56,161 bases of DNA from Thermoplasmata archaeon (GTDB lineage: Archaea; Thermoplasmatota; Thermoplasmata; Lutacidiplasmatales; UBA184). The DNA lies in NCBI GenBank assembly GCA_030038655.1, contig JASHSP010000062.1, positions 1 through 56,161 on the forward strand, read 5' to 3'. A program made the position numbers and the translations under genes. The number at the start of each line of letters is the position of its first letter. Positions within the stretch are counted from its first letter, which is position 1. Under the pieces are notes generated by a model that did no database searches, was not told where the DNA came from, and saw only the letters and a list, made by a program, of their open reading frames with translations. Of this stretch, positions 50,196 to 56,161 are shown one piece after another.

Positions 50196-50723
50196 CTAAG
50201 GGTTTGCGGCCCGGTTCCGGTCGAGAAGGTCGGGCCGCCCGAAGAAGACCGACAGGAGCACGATCGAGAACACGAACAGCCCGGCGGCGATCCCGACGAC
50301 CGCGTTCCGGGACGGCAGGAAGAACGCGCTGACCGTGCCCACGGAGAGGACGAAGACGGCGATGAGGAGGGACGGTGCCGCCCGGAGCGCGCCGCCGGGC
50401 GTCTCCCGGGGATCCTCCGCGTACCAGACGAGGAGGGCGAGGCTGGCCGCGCCGCCGAGCAGGATCGGGCCGGGCGTCGGGGCCGCGGACGCGGCGAGCA
50501 CGACGAACGCGCCGAGGACGAGCACGCCGGCGACCTCCCGCCCGGGATCGGGGACCCGGGCCCGGATCCACGTCGCCGCGGCGACGACCCCGGCCGAGAC
50601 CCCGAGGCCAAGGTACCAGGGCACGGTCGTGCCGAGCGAGAACAGCGCGAGGAGGCCCGCGAGCAGCACGGCGAACGGCACCTCCCGGGTCGTGACCGCC
50701 GGGTTCGCCGCCGGAGCGGTCAC
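50196..50723 (-). CDS. Hypothetical multi-pass membrane protein of the MoxR/DUF58 cluster
   Basis: About 6 TM segments; GTG overlaps the DUF58 stop. Confidence 0.75.
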   Translation of the reverse strand: MTAPAANPAVTTREVPFAVLLAGLLALFSLGTTVPWYLGLGVSAGVVAAATWIRARVPDPGREVAGVLVLGAFVVLAASAAPTPGPILLGGAASLALLVWYAEDPRETPGGALRAAPSLLIAVFVLSVGTVSAFFLPSRNAVVGIAAGLFVFSIVLLSVFFGRPDLLDRNRAANP

Positions 50724-52015
50724 GCGCTCCTCCGACGGCGCGGCTGCTGCAGGAACCGGACCAGCCGTCCGAGGGACCAGTAGTCCTCCCAGTCGATCAC
50801 GGGGGCGTGCACCCAGGTCTTCCCGAGCGAGGTCTGCCGCTCGACCCGATCGATCCGGCGGGCGAGCGTCTCGTCCGCGGGGTCGAGTCGGATCGTGTGC
50901 GAGGCCAGGCCCAGCGGGGACGGGCTCAGCACCACCACGGGGTACCCCCGGCGGGTCAGGTACGGCACGAGCTCGGCGCTCGGGGCGCCGGCCAGGCTCG
51001 AGATCAGCAGCACGGTGATCCCGCGCGGGAAGTACCGGCCGAGGCTGACCGCGCATCGTTCGGTCGGACCGGGGACCGCGGCTCGCTCGGTCGCCAGGAT
51101 CGCCGCCTGGATCCGGCCCGCCTGGTGCCGGCCCCCGGCGAGCGGGACGGCTTGCATGAACTCGCCGAACGACGCGTAGCCGACCCGGTCCTTCTCCCGC
51201 AGGAACGCCTCCGCGAGGCCGACCGCCGCCGCGCGTCCGACCCCCAGGAGCCGGTCGTCGATCGCGGCGCCGAGGGGCGTGGGGCGCGTGTCGAGCAGGA
51301 GGACGATGTCGCCCGTGCGGTCGAGCTCGAACTCGTTGGTGAGCCGCCGGCCCGCGCGCGCGGACGCGAGCCAGTTGATCCGCCGGGGCGGGTCGGAGGG
51401 CTGCGCCTCGCGGATCCCGTAGAACTCCCCGCTCGACCCGATCCGGCGGGACCGCGTCTCGCCGGGCAGGGGAAGGGTCCGGTCGAGCCGGATCGCGCCC
51501 ATCCGCAGGACCCCCAGCGGGGACCGCTCGACGACAAGCGACGACCGGTCCCCGGTCGCGAGTCGCTGGACGAGTCCCAGCGGGTCCTGCCAGACGACCG
51601 CGGGCGGCGGGACGATGGCGATCGTCGGCCGCGGCGAGGTCCAGCGGTAGGTGAACTCGACCCCGGCGGCGGTCGCGGTGTACGCCGGGTTCTCGGGCCC
51701 GACCAGGTCCCCCGGCCGGTGCGCGAGCACGTGCAGCTCGGGAGCGTGGGCGACGCCCTCGGCCCGGATCTGGCCGGAGACGCGGACCTCCGTCCCCGAC
51801 CCCTGGACGCCCCACTCGAACGAGGCACGGAATCCCGGGGGCGGGCCGGTGACCGCCGCGGCGAGCGGTGCGACCAGCAGCGGAAGGGCGACGAAGACGG
51901 GGACGGGGTTGCGCGCGGCGATCGCCAGGACGAGGAGAGCGGTACCGGTCCCCAGGAACAGCCAGGCCCGGGGCGTCCAGCGAAGTCCCGTCGAAGGCCC
52001 GCCGTCCGGGCTCAA
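50720..52015 (-). CDS. DUF58 domain (vWA-like) protein
   Basis: N-terminal TMs, EFYGIRE, RRINWLASAR, NEFE, LLDT, DRVG; TTG start. Confidence 0.88.
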   Translation of the reverse strand: MSPDGGPSTGLRWTPRAWLFLGTGTALLVLAIAARNPVPVFVALPLLVAPLAAAVTGPPPGFRASFEWGVQGSGTEVRVSGQIRAEGVAHAPELHVLAHRPGDLVGPENPAYTATAAGVEFTYRWTSPRPTIAIVPPPAVVWQDPLGLVQRLATGDRSSLVVERSPLGVLRMGAIRLDRTLPLPGETRSRRIGSSGEFYGIREAQPSDPPRRINWLASARAGRRLTNEFELDRTGDIVLLLDTRPTPLGAAIDDRLLGVGRAAAVGLAEAFLREKDRVGYASFGEFMQAVPLAGGRHQAGRIQAAILATERAAVPGPTERCAVSLGRYFPRGITVLLISSLAGAPSAELVPYLTRRGYPVVVLSPSPLGLASHTIRLDPADETLARRIDRVERQTSLGKTWVHAPVIDWEDYWSLGRLVRFLQQPRRRRSA

Positions 52016-52416
52016 GGCGCCGTCTCGAGCTCGTTCAGTCGGGCGGCGAGGTGGTCTCGGAACTCGTCGGGGGGAAGCCGGAGTAGGCGGCCCAGGTCGG
52101 AGGCGCTGCGAATCGGCAGATCGGGATGGGCGCCGAGGCGGTCGAGGCGGTCGAGGAGGAGGACGAGCGCCTCCCGGCCGGCGCGTCCCTCCCGGAAGAG
52201 GACGCGGCTCCCCAACGAGACCTCGGGGGGGGCGACCGCCCGGATCCGGGTCGCCGGGGGGGCGCCGCGCAGGGCGTCCCACAGCGCGAGACCCGAGGCG
52301 GCCACCGCCGCCCCGGCCATCGGAACCGCGACCGCGAGATCGGCCCGACCGACCAGCGAGAGGAAGATCGCGAGAACGGCGAACGCGACGAAGACCCCCT
52401 GGAACGGTCGGTTCAC
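52012..52416 (-). CDS. Hypothetical small membrane protein
   Basis: Two TMs and a charged tail; overlaps both neighbours by 4 nt. Confidence 0.72.
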   Translation of the reverse strand: MNRPFQGVFVAFAVLAIFLSLVGRADLAVAVPMAGAAVAASGLALWDALRGAPPATRIRAVAPPEVSLGSRVLFREGRAGREALVLLLDRLDRLGAHPDLPIRSASDLGRLLRLPPDEFRDHLAARLNELETAP

Positions 52417-53318
52417 GGGCCGGTCCCGGGTCGGGCGAGGTCGGCCTCCGCGGCGCGGATCGCGTCCCGGGCCTCGGCCGCCGAAGCGGCGCTCAGCGGA
52501 TGGGAGGAGTAGCGGGCCTCTTCGAACAGCCGCGTCAGCGTGTCGGCGGCCCCCTTCCGCACGCCGAGGGGCAGCAGGAAGGTGCGGCGGATCTCCTCCG
52601 CGGTCGAGTACGCCACCTCCCCGACCAGCGGCCCGACACGCCGGAGGAGGCGGTCGTAGAGGTGCACGATCACCGCACGGGGGTCCTGGCCCTCGTCCAG
52701 CTCCGACACTGCGGCGGCGAGCGCGTCGTGCGTCGCGGACGTATCCTCTGCGGCGAGCCCCGCTCCGCCACGGCCCCGCGACGGGCGACCGAGCACGGAC
52801 GGTATGGCGACCGCGGCCACCCCGAGCGCCACGGCGACGATCACGAAGTACGGCAGGTCGCTCGCCACGGTCAGCACGCCGGCCGGGCCCATCGACCCGG
52901 AGCCGTTCCCCGGGTTCCCCTGCGAGGTGTTCGTGGAGTTGTTGCCCGGCGCCGTTCCCCCCGTCCCGAACGACCCGGACGGGGTGCAGAGGCAACCGCC
53001 GCTCACCGCGAAGTGGACGAGCAGCAGGAAGACGATCCCGACCACGAGTAGGGTGGCGAAGAACACCACCGACCGGCCCAGCGGGACGACCCCGGGGCTC
53101 CGCAGCCGGTCGACGAGGATCGCGACGAACCCGAGGGCCAGCGGCGCGACGAAGAGGAGCCCCCAGACCTGCGCCGGAAGCTGGAAGAACGATCCCGGCT
53201 CCGGGTCGGGCGACGCGGAGGGGGTGGTCCCGGCGAGCAGGGCGGCGCCGGCCCCCGCCGCCAACGCGACGCCGACGAGGGCGATCAGCGCCGGGGAGGC
53301 CCACGACTTCGCCGCCAT
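52413..53318 (-). CDS. DUF4129 domain membrane protein
   Basis: TMs followed by STAEE..LTRLFEEARYS. Confidence 0.82.
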   Translation of the reverse strand: MAAKSWASPALIALVGVALAAGAGAALLAGTTPSASPDPEPGSFFQLPAQVWGLLFVAPLALGFVAILVDRLRSPGVVPLGRSVVFFATLLVVGIVFLLLVHFAVSGGCLCTPSGSFGTGGTAPGNNSTNTSQGNPGNGSGSMGPAGVLTVASDLPYFVIVAVALGVAAVAIPSVLGRPSRGRGGAGLAAEDTSATHDALAAAVSELDEGQDPRAVIVHLYDRLLRRVGPLVGEVAYSTAEEIRRTFLLPLGVRKGAADTLTRLFEEARYSSHPLSAASAAEARDAIRAAEADLARPGTGP

Positions 53319-53387
53319 CGTTCCCTCCTCGTACGGCCTAGGCCCGGACCGCCGATAATCCCTTCCGCCGCCGGGCGGGGTCTCGGC

Positions 53388-54272
53388 TCAGGCGGGGGCG
53401 TTCGGCGACGGCGGCCGCGCGAGCAGGTAGAACGCCCGGCGCTCGTGCTCGGCCGTGACCACCGCGAAGTCGTCCACGACGTACTCCAGGTCGAGCGCGG
53501 CCCGGAAGGCGTCCCGCACGGCGTGGCGCCAGCGGCGCAGCGAGGCGGCCTCGTGCTCACGGATCGAGGCGAGGTCGAACGGGACCTCGAGATGGGCGCT
53601 CGCGCCGGTCGGCTCGGAGACGGCGGTGGGAACGCGTAGCCCGCTCTCGCCGGGTTCGGTGTCGACGATCGCCCCCGAACTCCTCCACCGGGCCGCCTGC
53701 TCCTCGCGGGTCGGTCCGGCCCCCCCGAGGCGCTCCTCGACACTCGGCGCGGCGATCGCCCAGCGGACGCGGAGTTGGTCGGGCTCCAGCCCCCGGCTCA
53801 CGTCGTCCGGGGGTTGCCCGAGGTACTGGGAGTGATACCGGTCGGGGACGGCGCCCAGCCGTCGGACGGACAGCCAGGCCGCCCGGCTGGACAGCGGGTC
53901 GAACGTCCACCGGATCTCGGGCAGCCCCTGGCGCAGTACCTCCTCGCGCAGGAACGCCAGGAGGCGAAAGCCGACGTGGTGGTTCTGGTACTCGGGCCGG
54001 ACCACGGTTTGGTGGGCGTAGTAGTAGAGGGTCGTCCCGTCCCAGCCGAGGGTCGCGATCGAGCAGCCCGCGAGGTAGATGTCCGCGAAAGCCCCCGCCG
54101 CGATCCCCCCGTTCTCCTGGAGCACCCGCTGGAGGATCGCCGGCACGGCCGCGGCGCCCTCCGGGTCGGGGAGGGTCCGCTGGAGCTCCTCCGCGTGCCG
54201 GAACTCCTCGGGCTTCTCGAGGCGCCGGAATCGAAAGCCGCGGACCCGGTCCTCCCCCTTCGGCTCCACCAC
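53388..54272 (-). CDS. GNAT superfamily acetyltransferase (COG3375-like)
   Basis: VRPEYQNHHVG, IRWTFDPL, RRLGA, DQLRVRW. Confidence 0.8.
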   Translation of the reverse strand: MVEPKGEDRVRGFRFRRLEKPEEFRHAEELQRTLPDPEGAAAVPAILQRVLQENGGIAAGAFADIYLAGCSIATLGWDGTTLYYYAHQTVVRPEYQNHHVGFRLLAFLREEVLRQGLPEIRWTFDPLSSRAAWLSVRRLGAVPDRYHSQYLGQPPDDVSRGLEPDQLRVRWAIAAPSVEERLGGAGPTREEQAARWRSSGAIVDTEPGESGLRVPTAVSEPTGASAHLEVPFDLASIREHEAASLRRWRHAVRDAFRAALDLEYVVDDFAVVTAEHERRAFYLLARPPSPNAPA

Positions 54273-54323
54273 GGCCGGACGACGGGAGGTCGGTACTTAA
54301 CTCGGCCCGGCGCGGACCGCCGC

Positions 54324-54749
54324 CTACCGCCGGACGTGCAGCTCGGCGCTCTTCTCCTCGTACCGGATCGTGTCGCCCGGGGTGAGGTCCCACAGGAGGT
54401 CCTCCATCTCGGGGATGTTGCGGAGGAACTCGGCCTTGCTCTTGGTGAGCATGAGGTGCTCGAACCGGCGGCGTGCGATGAAGTAGACCCCGACCAGGTA
54501 CCCGCCGATGATCGCCACGATCGGGCCGATGATGATGAAGACGAGGTTGTAGTTCGCCGACGGCTGCGCGGTGGCCTGCTCGAACGTCGGGAACGGCGCC
54601 ACCGAGTGGAGCGGCGTGAAGTCGGCGACGGCGATCACGGTCAGGAACGCCCCGACCGCGAGCACGAAGATCGAGATCGCCGCCCGGTGGGCCCGGAGGC
54701 CGTACCGGAGGCGGCGGCCCAGGGGCACCTTGGCCTCGTTCGGGGGCAT
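54324..54749 (-). CDS. DUF3198-like membrane protein
   Basis: Two TMs, then RFEHLMLTKSKAEFLRN. Confidence 0.65.
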   Translation of the reverse strand: MPPNEAKVPLGRRLRYGLRAHRAAISIFVLAVGAFLTVIAVADFTPLHSVAPFPTFEQATAQPSANYNLVFIIIGPIVAIIGGYLVGVYFIARRRFEHLMLTKSKAEFLRNIPEMEDLLWDLTPGDTIRYEEKSAELHVRR

Positions 54750-54862
54750 CCGAACGGCGGCACGCGGGCTCGCTTATCAACCTAGCGCCGCGGTCGCTCT
54801 CGGCCGCCGGAGGGCACGCGCACCGCGTCGAGCGTTCGGTGTGCCGTCGGCGCCGTGGCCCG

Positions 54863-55645
54863 TTACGGGCCCTTCGTCGGAAGCGGGCGGTCGCCCGGCG
54901 CGGACGGGGTCCGCCCGTACGGGGTCGGCCCCTCCCGCGGGGGCGGGGCCGCTCCGGTGGGCGGCGGGATCTCGTAGAGCAGCGGGCGGAACCGGTAGTA
55001 CGTGTAGCCCGATATCGCGGCGACGAGGAGCGGCCCGGCGATCCGGGTCGCCTCTCCCCCCAGCGGGGCCAGCCCGAGGAGGAAGAACCCGACGGCGCCG
55101 AGGAGGGCGCCCCGGAGCGGTCCCCCGCCCGGGAGGCGACGGGACCCGACGCGTTTCAGGGAGACCAGGGCGCCCGCCACCTCGAGCGCGACCACGGCGA
55201 GCAGCTCCACGGCGGTGGCGAGGAGAGGCACCGCGGCCCCGGCCCCCGACCCGCCGGTAAACGACGCGACGAGCGTGAGCACGAGGATGCCGCCGACCGA
55301 CGCGCGGAAGCCCAGCGCGTAGAACGGTCCGCTTTGGCCGGACCCCCAGTACCGGGTCCGGAGGAGCGCCCACTGGGCGAGCTCCGTCCCCCCGACGAGG
55401 AGGGCCAGGGCGGCCAGGGCCCCGGGCAGCGCGGCGTTCCCCATCGCCAGCACGAAGAGCAGGAAGGCGACCGCGAGAGGAACCCCGACGAACAGCCCGA
55501 CCGTGTACGCCGCGACCTCCTTCCGCTCGTCGAAGCGCGTCTCCGCGACCTGCGGGGTCGCGAACCGGCCGATCTCCCAGTAGACGAACCCGCCCGACAG
55601 CGCCACCCCGACCAGGCCCCCGAGGAAGATCGACGAGGCGAACAT
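54863..55645 (-). CDS. Hypothetical multi-pass membrane protein
   Basis: About 7 TM segments; ATG 2 nt after the trmI stop. Confidence 0.75.
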   Translation of the reverse strand: MFASSIFLGGLVGVALSGGFVYWEIGRFATPQVAETRFDERKEVAAYTVGLFVGVPLAVAFLLFVLAMGNAALPGALAALALLVGGTELAQWALLRTRYWGSGQSGPFYALGFRASVGGILVLTLVASFTGGSGAGAAVPLLATAVELLAVVALEVAGALVSLKRVGSRRLPGGGPLRGALLGAVGFFLLGLAPLGGEATRIAGPLLVAAISGYTYYRFRPLLYEIPPPTGAAPPPREGPTPYGRTPSAPGDRPLPTKGP

Positions 55646-55647
55646 CG

Positions 55648-56161
55648 TCACGCCACCTTGCGACCGGAGGCGAGGAACCCGGTGTGGCCCAGCATGTCGA
55701 ACTCGGGGCGGGTCCCCCCTTCCCCGACGTGGAGGGCCCGCTCGATCAGCTCGACCGCGCGCACCTCGTCGAACCGGAGGGAACGGAGCGTGCGCACGGT
55801 CCTCTCGAGCTGGTTGTACGTGGGGGTGAACGTCCCGACCCAGCCTCCGAACGCCAGCGCGCGGTGCGCGGGCTCCAGCACCTCCCACGGCTCGGGGAGG
55901 TCCAGGATCACGCTCGTCACCCCGTCCACGTCCAGCCCGTTCTTCACGACGTCCCGTTCGCGGAAGGTCACCCGGTCCTCCAGACCGGCCCGCCGAACGT
56001 TCTGCCGGGCGGCCTCCAGGAAATCCGCCCGACGCTCGAAGCTCGTGACGCGGCCGCCCGGCCCGACCGCCGTCGCGAGCGCGATCGTGAGCGCCCCGCT
56101 CCCGGCCCCGGCCTCGGCCACGTGCGCGCCCGGGACGACACCGGCGAGGTAGCCGAGGTAC
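55648..56161 (-). CDS. trmI: tRNA (adenine-N1)-methyltransferase, C-terminal part (starts beyond window)
   Basis: EAGAGSG, LDLPEPW, TRP..MLGHTGFL. Confidence 0.93.
   Translation of the reverse strand, partial: YLGYLAGVVPGAHVAEAGAGSGALTIALATAVGPGGRVTSFERRADFLEAARQNVRRAGLEDRVTFRERDVVKNGLDVDGVTSVILDLPEPWEVLEPAHRALAFGGWVGTFTPTYNQLERTVRTLRSLRFDEVRAVELIERALHVGEGGTRPEFDMLGHTGFLASGRKVA

Overview
56 kb of very GC-rich, gene-dense chromosome from an archaeon. Evidence: rpl40e, KEOPS Pcc1, archease, AMMECR1, a TrmI-type methyltransferase, geranylgeranyl reductase with ferredoxin, and TATA-like boxes about 24-35 nt before many start codons. A DUF3198-like gene suggests Thermoplasmata (inference). Contents in order: (1) a bacterial-style group 3b [NiFe]-hydrogenase operon (beta, cNMP-fold protein, gamma, delta, alpha, protease, Zn-finger-less HypA, HypC), followed by an EamA transporter and a DUF6390-like protein, divergent from an atypical fhs; (2) RNA helicase, thrC, PiT transporter and pirin; (3) a LysW-dependent arginine operon with a divergent ACT-domain regulator; (4) NiCoT permease, NikR, an apparently inactive M29 peptidase, a small unknown protein and a glycoside hydrolase; (5) ABC-2 exporter, flavin reductase, trxB, ferredoxin-GGR, DUF1028-like gene, Pcc1, fused ETF, bactofilin-like gene and ileS; (6) serA with a class V aminotransferase, a MoxR/DUF58/DUF4129 cluster and trmI. 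I saw no CRISPR array, tRNA, rRNA or mobile element. Most long ORFs in the supplied track are GC-driven shadow frames. All family assignments come from motif recognition by eye; no database search was run. The best novelty candidate is the hydrogenase accessory module, above all the DUF6390-like protein whose C-terminal half aligns with HypC.
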